DNA of 64,000 bases from Candidatus Bathyarchaeia archaeon (GCA_049521795.1 JBEKOM010000004.1:64001-128000), one strand, 5' to 3'; shown: positions 40,486 through 50,434, counted from the first letter of the stretch. Notes: generated by a model from the sequence alone, not told the origin. Program-made: numbers and translations.

Positions 40486-40683
40486 TTATCTGGTTGCGGC
40501 TTCGCTCTTCATTTTTCGCAGGATCGCTGATGCTTCGCTTGCGGTGTTCGCTGAAGCGAGTTTTCTGGCCTTCTGCACGACGACTGTGTGGCCGCAGTAG
40601 GGGCAGGTTCTGGTTTTTGTTTCATTCTTCGCGAGCAGAAGACCGCCGCATCTGGGGCAGACGACTATGAGGGTTGATGGCAT
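40486..40683 (-). CDS. Zinc-ribbon protein (DUF1922-like)
   Basis: CPRCG...KTRTCPYCG. Confidence 0.75.
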   Translation of the reverse strand: MPSTLIVVCPRCGGLLLAKNETKTRTCPYCGHTVVVQKARKLASANTASEASAILRKMKSEAATR

Positions 40684-40753
40684 GTGTTTCACTGATCGAA
40701 AGCCTTTTCCACGTCGCACTAGATAACGCTATGCGCAAGAGGGGGAACAGCGG

Positions 40754-41128
40754 GTGAGCGGTGAAGCAGAGAGCAGGCCGAAGATGGATCCGAACCTGCT
40801 TCAGCAGGTGATTCGCTATTTTAAGAAGGATGGTTACAAGATTGAGCAGGACGAGACCTCGCTTGAGGGGTTCAGCGGGATCGCGCAGAAGTTTGATCTC
40901 ATAGTTCAGAAGGGCCAGGTGGCGCAAGGCGTCTGGATAAGGGACTGGAACAGAACTATAGGCGTTAACGTCATAATTAACATTGACAAGGCCTCTTCAG
41001 ACGTGGGACTTTCGAGCCCTATTATCATAGGTGGAAAGTTCAGCGGTCACGCGAAGTCTTACGCGAACAGAAGAAAGATCACGCTGTTGACGAAGCAGCA
41101 GATCACGCTGAGGCACATGGTCAACTGA
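40754..41128 (+). CDS. Restriction-endonuclease-fold (Mrr-like) protein
   Basis: GFSG...FDLIV, FS..AKSYA....ITLL pattern. Confidence 0.65.
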   Translation: MSGEAESRPKMDPNLLQQVIRYFKKDGYKIEQDETSLEGFSGIAQKFDLIVQKGQVAQGVWIRDWNRTIGVNVIINIDKASSDVGLSSPIIIGGKFSGHAKSYANRRKITLLTKQQITLRHMVN

Positions 41129-41711
41129 GCTTCACGTATTCATCCAGCAAGCCTTCGTTCTCAAGCTTGCCCAGCCAGTCGACCACGCCTACACGGCATT
41201 TGCTGGGATGGCGGAGCAGGAACAGAATCTGCTCAACTGTCTCTTCTACGCTTTGGCCCGTGACGTTTAGTTCGCATACTCTTCTCTTAGCAACTGCTTT
41301 CAGAGCGTCGAACAAGCAAACGTCCAACGCTTCGGAGGCCAGGTTCTCGAAGAGCTTTGGACCCTGGAATCCGCAGTGTTCCATCAGTCCTCGCAGTTCC
41401 ACTGGGTCGCGCCTCAAAACGAACACGCGCGTCACGAGCTCCTTGGGAACGACGTTGACGGCGTAGTGTCCGTCGATGACGATTTGTTTCTTATCTGTTT
41501 TCTGAATGATGCTGCGGATCTTCTTTTTCATTCGCGGTTCGTCAATGATGATGGTGTTTCGCGTCTCGTCTTTTCCTGAGACAAGTTTGTCCAGCACGGC
41601 CAGTTCTGTCAGGTTGACGTATAAAGCGTTGAGCTTAACCGTGAGCAGCCGCGCTGCAGAGGTTTTGCCGACGCAGGGAGTTCCGGTTAGCAACGTAACA
41701 CGCTTAGGCAT
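41121..41711 (-). CDS. Atypical adenylate kinase (AK6/Fap7 family)
   Basis: TGTPCVGKT, IVIDGH, ENL.SE.LD. Confidence 0.88.
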   Translation of the reverse strand: MPKRVTLLTGTPCVGKTSAARLLTVKLNALYVNLTELAVLDKLVSGKDETRNTIIIDEPRMKKKIRSIIQKTDKKQIVIDGHYAVNVVPKELVTRVFVLRRDPVELRGLMEHCGFQGPKLFENLASEALDVCLFDALKAVAKRRVCELNVTGQSVEETVEQILFLLRHPSKCRVGVVDWLGKLENEGLLDEYVKLS

Positions 41712-41812
41712 CGTCGATCGGTTCCTTCGCAGACTAGGTTGCACACATGGAAAGATAAGATGTTTCCCGTCAACTCTGACCGGTATTGAAGCATCCGAAG
41801 CATGCAAATGCT

Positions 41813-43171
41813 TTAGGGCGGTTTGATTCCAGGATCTGGAGGCGGCGGAACCTGTTGAATCGGCGGCGTGCTGGGTTTCGGACGCCTTCTGCGGGCTATG
41901 AAAACCGCTACTATCGCTATGATCACTATGATCGCGACTATTACTATGGCCAGATACAGTGTGGGGAATGATGATGGTGACTGCGGCATGACGCTGTTTC
42001 CAGCCGAGTCGGTTTTAACCAGGAAGCCATCGTAGATACCGGCGCCGTAAGAATCCGTGAAACCGGCTAACGCGTAGCCTCCGTCGCTGGTCTGAACAAG
42101 TGAGAACGCCTCGTCGTCTCCTCCTCCGCCGTACGTTTTGCTCCACTGCATCGTTCCAGAAGAGTAGGTTTTGACAAGCCAGAAATCGTAGTTGCCCGCT
42201 CCGTAGGAACCTGTCCAGCCGGCTAACGCGTAGCCTCCGTCGCTGGTCTGAACTATGGCGTTTGCCACTTCATCGCCTGCTCCTCCGTAGGTCTTGTTCC
42301 ACAGTTGCGCTCCGCTGAGGTCTGTTTTGACAAGCCAAAGGTCGAGGCCGCCTGCGCCGGTAGAGTTCGTGTACCCAGCTACGGCGTAGCCGTCGCCGGT
42401 CTGAATCACACACTCTGCTTCATCGTCCCCTGAGCCGCCGTAGGTCCGGTTCCAAAGCATGTTTCCTAAGGAGTCGGTTTTAACCAACCAGAAATCGAGG
42501 CTGCCCGCGCCGAAAGAGGTCGCGGATCCCGCCCACACGTAGCCTCCGTCGCTGGTCTGAATAACAGAGTAAGCCTGTTCGTCTCCGGTCCCACCGTACG
42601 TCTGGTTCCACTCCATGCTTCCCGAAGAGTTTGTCTTAACCAGCCAAAAGTCGTAACCGCCCGCGCCGTAGGAATCTGTGGACCCCGCCAACGCGTAGCC
42701 TCCGTCGACGGTCTGGATCAAGGAGTATGCAGCGTTTTGTGCTCTTCCTCCGAATGTTTGGCTCCACAGCATGTTTCCAGAAGAGTCTGTTTTGACCAGC
42801 CATGCGTTGGTTTCGCCTGCACCGTAGGAAGTTGTGGTTCCGGCTAATGCGAATCCCGTGTCGTTGGTCTGGATAACTGAAAAGGCTCCATCGTCACCTG
42901 ATCCCCCGTAGGTTTGGTTCCACAGCATCGTTCCAGAAGAGTTTGTCTTAACCAGCCAAAAATCGTAGCCGCCCGCGCCGCTGGAGTTTGTGTATCCCAC
43001 TAACGCGTAGCCTCCATCGCTCGTCTGAGCAAGTGAATAGAATTCGTTGTCCCCTTTGCCTCCGTAGGCTTGACTCCACCCTGACGCGGCGAAGCCTGAC
43101 CGAACGCACAAGGCAAAAGTGAACATGCTGATGACAAGAAGACACAGCAGTATTCGGTTCCAGCGTTCCAT
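41813..43171 (-). CDS. Surface protein with about 50-aa repeats (probable beta-propeller)
   Basis: Seven QT.DGGYALAG.T.SYGAG..DFWLVKT...G...W..TYGG repeats; signal peptide; C-terminal TM. Confidence 0.88.
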   Translation of the reverse strand: MERWNRILLCLLVISMFTFALCVRSGFAASGWSQAYGGKGDNEFYSLAQTSDGGYALVGYTNSSGAGGYDFWLVKTNSSGTMLWNQTYGGSGDDGAFSVIQTNDTGFALAGTTTSYGAGETNAWLVKTDSSGNMLWSQTFGGRAQNAAYSLIQTVDGGYALAGSTDSYGAGGYDFWLVKTNSSGSMEWNQTYGGTGDEQAYSVIQTSDGGYVWAGSATSFGAGSLDFWLVKTDSLGNMLWNRTYGGSGDDEAECVIQTGDGYAVAGYTNSTGAGGLDLWLVKTDLSGAQLWNKTYGGAGDEVANAIVQTSDGGYALAGWTGSYGAGNYDFWLVKTYSSGTMQWSKTYGGGGDDEAFSLVQTSDGGYALAGFTDSYGAGIYDGFLVKTDSAGNSVMPQSPSSFPTLYLAIVIVAIIVIIAIVAVFIARRRRPKPSTPPIQQVPPPPDPGIKPP

Positions 43172-43385
43172 GAACAGTCACACTCGACCATCCACGGTTG
43201 CTTTCTGATTCTTAAATAAGTTGCGGACACCGCTATCGATCCCAGTTGGACAGTGATAGCTTTGACTGTTCAAGGCGACGCCGTCCTCCTCTTCTTGAGG
43301 ATAATGAGCTTTGGACGCGCAATTCCAAGTGAGGGCGATAAGGTTTCCATAATTCTTATTTGCGTACAAGCGCACAGAGTACATT

Positions 43386-43704
43386 GGGCTGGCGAGTCGG
43401 TGTGTGGCTTTCGAGCCTCGACGAGAGAGGCTTGAGGAAACTCCGCCCACAAGTAGAGTTGCAGCGTCCGCAAGGACGCAAGGTGAGAACCTTGGCTCCA
43501 GAGCAGAAACGAAACGTCCGCTCAGCAAGTGACGGTGATGCATGTTAAGTTGTTGAGGATGCTGAGTGCGAAGCGATGAAACGGCTGACCTGCAAGTGGA
43601 AAGGGCAAGCAGACGCTGATGAAGAGTCTACCGGAAGCGCGGGTAGCCCGATTAGCCGAATGCCACAAAGAACAAAAGGCGGGTTACGACCAACACGCCA
43701 GCTC
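43386..43704 (+). ncRNA. rnpB: RNase P RNA
   Basis: GAGGAAACTCCGCC and AACAAAAGGCGGGTTA form P4; terminal helix GGGCTGGCG/CGCCAGCTC; CAGAAAC and TGAAAC conserved loops. Confidence 0.93.
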
Positions 43705-43739
43705 TACAAGCAACCCGCCACCCCGACAACGTAACTGAC

Positions 43740-44630
43740 ATGAATAAGAACGGCATCCTTGCCCAATTCTTGATCCATTGTCAAAAAACTGCCTTGTCCG
43801 AAGAAACCATCAACACCAAATACAAAGTTCTCAGAGTAATGCTCACTAATAACGTCAACCTAAACGACTCTGACCAAGTTAAGATTTTCATTCACAACCG
43901 CAAACAATGGAGTAACGGACACAAAAGCATAGCCGTATTTGCCTATGATGAATACTGCAAAATGAAAGAAATCCAATGGACTCCGCCAGAATATCCCAAA
44001 AACGAGACTCTACCATTCGTTCCAACTGAAAAAGAAATAGACGCACTCATAAACGGAACAAGTACAAAAGTATCCATTACACTGCAAGCACTAAAAGAAA
44101 CAGCGTTCCGTATCGGCGAACTCTGGAGATGTAAATGGACAGACATCGACGAAGAAAAATCAACCCTGAAATGTAATCAGCCCGAAAAGAAATGTGCTCC
44201 AAGGGAAGTGCGAATCTCAAGTAAATTGATCGCAAGATTCAACCTTCTACCAAAAACCAACGAGTATATATTCGGTAAAACGCGCATAAGTGCAACTCGA
44301 ACAACTTTCTGCAACCAACGTAATAGCCTCGCCAGAAAACTCAACAACCCAAGACTCAAACAAATACATTTTCATACCTTTAGACACTACCACGCCACTA
44401 GACTCTACAATGAAACAAAAAGTCTTATAGAAGTACAAGCTCGCCTTGGACATCGAAACATAAACTCAACCATGGTCCATACTCATATTGTACAATTCGA
44501 TGAAGAGAGCCAAAACTATCATCATGCAATAGCTCGCAATGAAAAGGAAGCTGGCGAACTAATAGACAACGGATGGACGTACATCTGCACAACCCCACAG
44601 AATGTAATGATGTTCCGAAAACGCAAATAG
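43740..44630 (+). mobile_element. Tyrosine recombinase/integrase, probably catalytically inactive
   Basis: ETAFRIGEL, HFHTFRH, LGH; STMVHTH at the expected Tyr position; AT-rich. Confidence 0.9.
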
Positions 44631-44732
44631 CAACAACCTCCCCCTTTTTTATTACCAACACAAAGCGCGCAAAGCTTCTTAAATCAAACCAAACAAACGA
44701 ATGAAAGAATGTGCTAAGCAAGAGACAGAGAT

Positions 44733-45367
44733 GTGCTCAAATTGAAAGCAAAGTCAGCCACAGAGAAATCTGAAAAAGAGGTCCTTTTTTTCCTAGAGCA
44801 ATACTTTGGCGCAAAAGACATCGAAATAAACCCAAAAGTAGGAGACAAGAAAGCTGACTTCAAGGTCAAAAGCATTGACGCATACATCGAAGTTCATGCA
44901 CTTAAAGACATCGCGAGCGACCAAATGGATATTCTGTCACGAGAAAAGAACATCACTCATGTGAAATTGAAGAATGATGGACAAAAGAAGATTCTAGACA
45001 GAATAGCAAACAAGCTGCTTCATGAGTGCGCTCAGCTTCCTGAGGGAAAAAAAATCTAATCGTAACGAAGACTGAGGGCCGCTTCCTTTGGCCAGAAGAC
45101 GTCACTGACACTATTATTGGAGAACCTCATTTGCTTATCAACAAAGAGAACATGCAAACAAGTGTCGGACGTGGAACTACTGCTTTCAGGACTGATGAAG
45201 AACTTCAAGAAGTGTTGCGGAAGATTTCCGCTGTTCTTGCATACGAAGCGATTTGTCAGCATGGCAAATTGTTGGGAATCTTGGGAAATAACAAGAACAA
45301 TGCTGAAGTTCCTTTTGATGACGAAACCCTTGCAATTTTCAAGAACTTCCTGTGCGATAAATGCTGA
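44733..45367 (+). pseudogene. Frameshifted gene, PD-(D/E)xK-like protein
   Basis: KKADF...YIEVH; the -1 frame is open after the A8 run (45047-45054) through ORF 45131-45367. Confidence 0.6.
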
Positions 45368-45411
45368 AGAGAGAAAGCTTCATCATACAATTACAGCGCT
45401 CCAGCAATATA

Positions 45412-45454
45412 TTGGCTCGTGAGCCGTTCGGCTCACTCGCACGTTCCAGACGAT
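45412..45454. repeat. Palindromic REP-like repeat, copy 1
   Basis: 42 of 43 bases match 46511-46553; contains hairpin GTGAGCC-GTTC-GGCTCAC. Confidence 0.9.
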
Positions 45455-45525
45455 ACGTCACAAACAGCCGAGCGCGCGCTAGAAAAAACTCTTTTATAAT
45501 GAGATACCACTTTAGTCCATGGAAG

Positions 45526-45960
45526 TTGTCCACCGAGAAGGGTAATCCTCTATTCGGAGCATGGAGGCTGAAATCGCTTGAAACAAAGGCATCTGACGGA
45601 TCTGTCTCCTATCCGTGGGGGAAAGAAACTTTTGGCTACGTCGTCATCAGCCCAGAAGGCTACTTTTGCGTCGCAATAATGAGCGCTAATCGCAGAAGAT
45701 TCTCCTCACAAGATATGAAGGGAGGTAGCGCGGAAGAAAGAGCGAACGCTGCAGATTCATACATATCGTACTCCGGACCGTGTGAAATCGAGAAAGACAA
45801 GTTTCGAGTAAAGGTAGAAGTCAGCCTGTTCCCCAATTGGGTAGGCGGAATCCAAGAACGCAACTACAAGATCGAGGGAAAAACGCTCTCTGTATCGACT
45901 ACTCCAACTCTTGTAAACGGAAAAGAACAGGTAGGCTACTTGATTTTCGAACGCGTCTGA
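45526..45960 (+). CDS. Lipocalin-like domain protein
   Basis: GAWRL, YISYSG, VSLFPNWVG..Q.R; TTG start after TATA CTTTTATAA. Confidence 0.85.
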   Translation: MSTEKGNPLFGAWRLKSLETKASDGSVSYPWGKETFGYVVISPEGYFCVAIMSANRRRFSSQDMKGGSAEERANAADSYISYSGPCEIEKDKFRVKVEVSLFPNWVGGIQERNYKIEGKTLSVSTTPTLVNGKEQVGYLIFERV

Positions 45961-46091
45961 AACTGATCGCGCGCGCAAGATCAAGCCGAAGTTTTGAAGC
46001 CCCAAGATCCAAAACCTGTAAGCCGAGCCTCTTCTAGACTTCGAAAATTATTAAAGCACTATTACGCATATCATATCTTCTGGGAACATAA

Positions 46092-46184
46092 ATGCCGAAA
46101 AAAGACAAACCGTTAACTAAGAAAGAGCGAGACGAGAAAAGGAAGAAACATAAGGAAAAGCAAAGCAAAACACAGGCTTCTTAA
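46092..46184 (+). CDS. 30-aa basic micro-protein MPKKDKPLTKKERDEKRKKHKEKQSKTQAS
   Basis: TTATTAAA upstream, hairpin plus T-run downstream, paralog at 56140-56232. Confidence 0.7.
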   Translation: MPKKDKPLTKKERDEKRKKHKEKQSKTQAS

Positions 46185-46510
46185 GCCCCAAGAAAGAGCT
46201 TTGCAAAACTCTTTTTCTCTTTTTTCCATAAAGTTGGCTTCTTTAATGAAATGAAAGAAAGACGCGTCAGCTTTGGATATTATTGGCTTCCTCCATTAAT
46301 GCGAAAGAAATATGTTTTAGTTTGTTTATTTATCGTTAATTTGTAGCTGAGATTCATGCCGAGTGTAATGAAACGTAAACAAAAGAATACTCAAATCGCA
46401 CAACAGAAAAAGAAAGAACGAGATAAAGAAGCGAAAAAGAAACAGTTGAGACAGCAACTTCCTGCCAAGGGCAAGAAACGTTAAAGCCACTAAAGGAGCG
46501 CGCGCTCATC

Positions 46511-46553
46511 TTGGATCGTGAGCCGTTCGGCTCACTCGCACGTTCCAGACGAT
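46511..46553. repeat. Palindromic REP-like repeat, copy 2
   Basis: Matches 45412-45454. Confidence 0.9.
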
Positions 46554-47072
46554 GAGTCAAAGCCAAACCAACCGCACAATAAGCATTTCCGCCTGTCGCG
46601 CTCGCATCACGCTCGCGCTCCCACCCACAAAAACTCAAAACAATAACTAGCAGACGCTTATCAGGTAAGGATAAGACTTTGCCCTCAGACTGTGCAGTTT
46701 TCTCGTCCCCCCTGTTTTTTTCAGTAACGTTTTTGGTAATGTTGTGTGGTAACAAGTCTTGAAGAAGCGGACAGGCGTGGGGAACAAGACTTCAGCTCTA
46801 CACCGTAACGAACCAGCACTACTATCCTAATAGCGTTTTTTTCCTAAGCATTCCATTCTAGATCTCTTCATGGTTTTCTTGGCTGTACTCTCTATTGTCC
46901 GCTTCCACCCTGACGCTAAGGGGTCCGATTCTTGCAAGTGGCGGTAGGATATGAGACAGCAATTGCTCTGCACTTAGTGGGCGAAGTGTACCATTCAGAC
47001 TGATCTGCGTCCAATCAGTCTTTTCTTTGCGATATTTCTGTGTCCAGCCGTGTTTGGTCGTGCGCGCGTGCT

Positions 47073-47444
47073 ATGGTTCAGATTCCGAGAATGAGACATG
47101 GAAGCAAACAGACAATTGAAACATTGATTAATGAAGAGGCTTACTTGTTTGCGAAGTTTCTGAGATGTGAACGAGAAACATGGGTTCCAAGAATAGTGAG
47201 CCTTCAAGGAAACATGGCTACTATCAGCACAAACCTCGGAACGTTGACAGGCACTGTTACCAGCATAAACAGCACGGTCGCTACGATCCAAACAAGCCTC
47301 GGAACTCTTGAAGTCACTGATCAAGGAGTCAAAAGCTCGTCGGACACAACAGGAAACTACTCCTTAGCCGCATCAGCCCTTTCAATCATCAGCATAATAA
47401 TTCTGCTTGCCGTCGCAATTCAAGTGTTCAGAAAACATAAGTAA
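47073..47444 (+). pseudogene. Chimeric fragment: Cas1-like C-terminus fused to a surface-protein membrane anchor
   Basis: VQIPR..G.KQTIETLINEEA.LFAKFLR.E..TW.PRI followed by ATI.T.LGT repeats and a TM helix. Confidence 0.5.
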
Positions 47445-47669
47445 ACCCAAAATTACCTAGTTTTCTTCTATCGTTCTTTCTTCTCCACAATCATGCGCAT
47501 GCGCGCGAGCCCAATCCCATGACTAATGGATTTGACTTTTGCAGATTTGATAGAAGTGTGTCGATACGACAGTGCGAAAACAGAGAGGACTGAGTTAAAG
47601 TGGTTCTCGAGCATCTATGTTTCTTGTTCTCTCCAAACGCCCGCGCCCACATTTCAGGTTGTCTGGTTT

Positions 47670-48524
47670 CTATGTCTTGCCTTTTGCAACGAAGATTGCA
47701 AGATGTGCAAGACGATGACGCTTGACCTTGCGGAAGTAACGGGATAACAAAGATTCAGCAAATGCGTAGTCAAGTTTGGTCTTATCCTCTTCCAAGACTT
47801 CGTGTTCCACTTTCTCAACAAATTCCCCCATCGTTAAGGGGTAATTGTCCTTGTTCGGATGAGAATAAGGAACGATGAACGCGAGACTTCCGTCCTTCTT
47901 CAAAACACGGTGTAACTCTTTCAGGGCGCGGTGGACATTTTCGGGTTCGCCATGCACTCTCACGGCATCAACAAAGTTATCCTTTAGGGATATGTTTTCA
48001 ACAGGGGTATCAAGAACAATGAGGTTTGCGCATTCGATGCTCAGCTTCACGGACTTGGGCTTGACCAAGTAGATTTTTCCATCCTCAACCACGTTGCCTA
48101 AGGATGATATCATCCAATCATAGAAGACTTTAGGTGCAACCACCAAGATTGTGTCGCCTCTGCCAACTTGCGAATCGAGCAATCGTTGCAGTTTTCGAAT
48201 AGCACTCTTCTCAGGAGGAAGTTTCGACAAATACTGCATGTACTTGACATGAATAGTTTTGACTGCTTCCTTCAGCTCTTGACCCAGTTGATTCGTACCT
48301 TTCTTGCCGAGCCTGTACACCTTCCTTTCAGGCCCAAGGGCGCTTTTCATTCGGGTAGCCTCCAGATAGCCCTCTGTCTCCATCTCAGTGAGCACTCTAT
48401 AGAGGTAGCTGATATTCGGCCTGAAGTCTCTCGCTGCCAATTGTTTTTGGACCTCATAGCCGTGCATTTCTGCGGTGCCAAGCATCTCTACAATCGTCTT
48501 CTTCAGATAGTCTTTGTGCATCAA
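47670..48524 (-). CDS. PadR-type wHTH fused to methyltransferase-like domain
   Basis: MHGYEV, YLYRVL..ME.EG, GPERKVYRL; C-terminal ALKELHRVLKKDG. Confidence 0.8.
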   Translation of the reverse strand: MMHKDYLKKTIVEMLGTAEMHGYEVQKQLAARDFRPNISYLYRVLTEMETEGYLEATRMKSALGPERKVYRLGKKGTNQLGQELKEAVKTIHVKYMQYLSKLPPEKSAIRKLQRLLDSQVGRGDTILVVAPKVFYDWMISSLGNVVEDGKIYLVKPKSVKLSIECANLIVLDTPVENISLKDNFVDAVRVHGEPENVHRALKELHRVLKKDGSLAFIVPYSHPNKDNYPLTMGEFVEKVEHEVLEEDKTKLDYAFAESLLSRYFRKVKRHRLAHLAIFVAKGKT

Positions 48525-48785
48525 ACAAACCAGCTATTCGAAAATCAGTACTATAGTGACATCATCTTAGGCATTTATAGGTTCCTAAGCCCCTCATGTT
48601 TCAAGCCGGAACACAAAACAGAATAACGTGAAAAAATGAGAAAAACGAAATCATTATTGCCGATAATCTCAGGTATTCATTTGCCATCCATATTCTTAGC
48701 TGCACCTAGCTTTGCCTGCAACACAACGGGCTTAAGTGGTGCGTTCGCGTGTGCCTCGCAATCATAGCACGGGGGAGAAAAGCCT

Positions 48786-49361
48786 GTGACACAGCCTCAA
48801 AGCACAAGGGCTTCAACCAGCAAAGTTGGCGGGATCATGGGACCGAGCTCCATTCTGACTTTGGCTGTCCCCGTGGTCGCACTGATCGTGGCGCTGTTGA
48901 GCAGAAGCCTTCTTCTCCTGACTTATGTTCACGTACTCACCGGCGGAACTTGGACTGGCATAGACCTGTTTATGGGACTGGTCATGAGCAGAGTGCTGGG
49001 CAGTCTCTCCACTCAAAGCCGCGTTGAGGTCATAAAAAAACTCGTGCCGATCATGTTGTTCTTCATGCCTGCGCTGGCTTCGGTAGCCATAACTGCCGGC
49101 GTTTACCTAGCAATCAGTCTGGGTTGGAGTTTCTTCTCCACTCCAATAATTGCGGCATTTATCATCGTGATCATTCTATCGGTCCAAGGCTTTGGTCTGA
49201 TACTGCCAAACGAGGTTCGCGTCTTTCTCGAGCTCAGGAAGCCAAACCCAGACACAGAGAAGATTGTGAAACTTGGCATGAGAAACTTCTACTTCGCTGG
49301 CAGCCAGACGGTATTCCAGATCGCAATCATATTTGTGATGGCCTATATGGGCACCATATGA
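48786..49361 (+). CDS. Multi-pass membrane protein
   Basis: About five TM helices, YVHVLTGGTWTGIDLFMG. Confidence 0.8.
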   Translation: MTQPQSTRASTSKVGGIMGPSSILTLAVPVVALIVALLSRSLLLLTYVHVLTGGTWTGIDLFMGLVMSRVLGSLSTQSRVEVIKKLVPIMLFFMPALASVAITAGVYLAISLGWSFFSTPIIAAFIIVIILSVQGFGLILPNEVRVFLELRKPNPDTEKIVKLGMRNFYFAGSQTVFQIAIIFVMAYMGTI

Positions 49362-49488
49362 TGAAAAAAACGTTTGGACCTGTACCCGTTTGGTCTTAAG
49401 AGTAAAGTCTTGTCCCAAACCCAAACGACTAAGCGCGTGCTACTGAACGACCGTCAATAATACTCTTAGAAAAAGACGCGCTAGAAAA

Positions 49489-49974
49489 TTATGTAGCTTT
49501 GCCTTCTTTACAATAGTAGCTCATTGGTTTACCTTTCATTAGATTGAAGTCCTTGAAGACTTGGCATCCGCTGCAAATGCACATCTTGTTGAAATCAAGG
49601 TCTTTACAAACTGCAACGCCGTTAGCGCAGTATGGTCCAGGCATATCTTCCGCTTTAGGCATCATCAAAGCAATCTGTTCCTTTGGCGTGTTCCGCATCA
49701 TTTCATCGCTCATGTTCTTCATCTGTTCCCTGGACATGCTCCTCATCGTTTCAGGACTCATGTTTTTCATCATTTCCAAGTTCTGCATCATTCCAGGGGT
49801 CATGATCTTCGATATTTCAGGGCTCGGGTTCTTCATCATCTCATCCTTCGCTATTATTTTAGGTTTGGCACACGCACTAATAGCCTGGACTGGACACATT
49901 GCGCACTTGCATTTCATTATCACATCATAAGTCAATAGAACCTTAGGTCCTGCCTTATGCCCAAAAAGATTCAA
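49489..49974 (-). CDS. Cys-rich DUF2769-like protein with Met-rich insert
   Basis: CKCAMCP...C, YC..G..C, CICSGC.V, YYC..G. Confidence 0.75.
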   Translation of the reverse strand: MNLFGHKAGPKVLLTYDVIMKCKCAMCPVQAISACAKPKIIAKDEMMKNPSPEISKIMTPGMMQNLEMMKNMSPETMRSMSREQMKNMSDEMMRNTPKEQIALMMPKAEDMPGPYCANGVAVCKDLDFNKMCICSGCQVFKDFNLMKGKPMSYYCKEGKAT

Positions 49975-50434
49975 AAAAATCCACCTCCAACCTAATCGCC
50001 TTAGAACAAGATGCTAGATTAAGCTTTGCTCTCATATTAACCATCGCAAACTAACCGATACGCGCACTTCCTTCTTCAGGGTATGGTTTGCAGGAGTGTG
50101 CCATTTGAAGGGGAAGTAGAACATCAGATTTATCAGTGGTACTCAAAAGACATCAAGGTTAAGCACGCGGGGTATCTATCCGTGTCTGTTTTTTGCGTTT
50201 GTCCGTGTGTGTTTGTGTGTGCGAGTGTTTGTAGAAAGAGGGCTAGTAGGAGAGAGAGAAAGATAAGACTTTACCCCCAAAACCAAAGGTATGCGGCGAA
50301 AAGTGTTTTTTCGGTTAATGGTTTGAACACGCAACCTCTGTTCGTTAACGATTACGAGGGTGTTCTTTCTGTTAAAAAAATCTTCAAACCTTAAATACAA
50401 AATAGGAAATACTGGTCATCTGAGAAGATTTGGG

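Noticed and set aside
41990-43080. Regular ~150-bp DNA repeats as a possible CRISPR array
   Set aside because: They are in-frame protein repeats of a surface protein
43178-43548. Several short ORFs
   Set aside because: Overlap the RNase P RNA gene and its promoter
46354-46990. 133-aa minus-strand ORF and nearby fragments
   Set aside because: Runs through the repeat and low-complexity DNA; not protein-like
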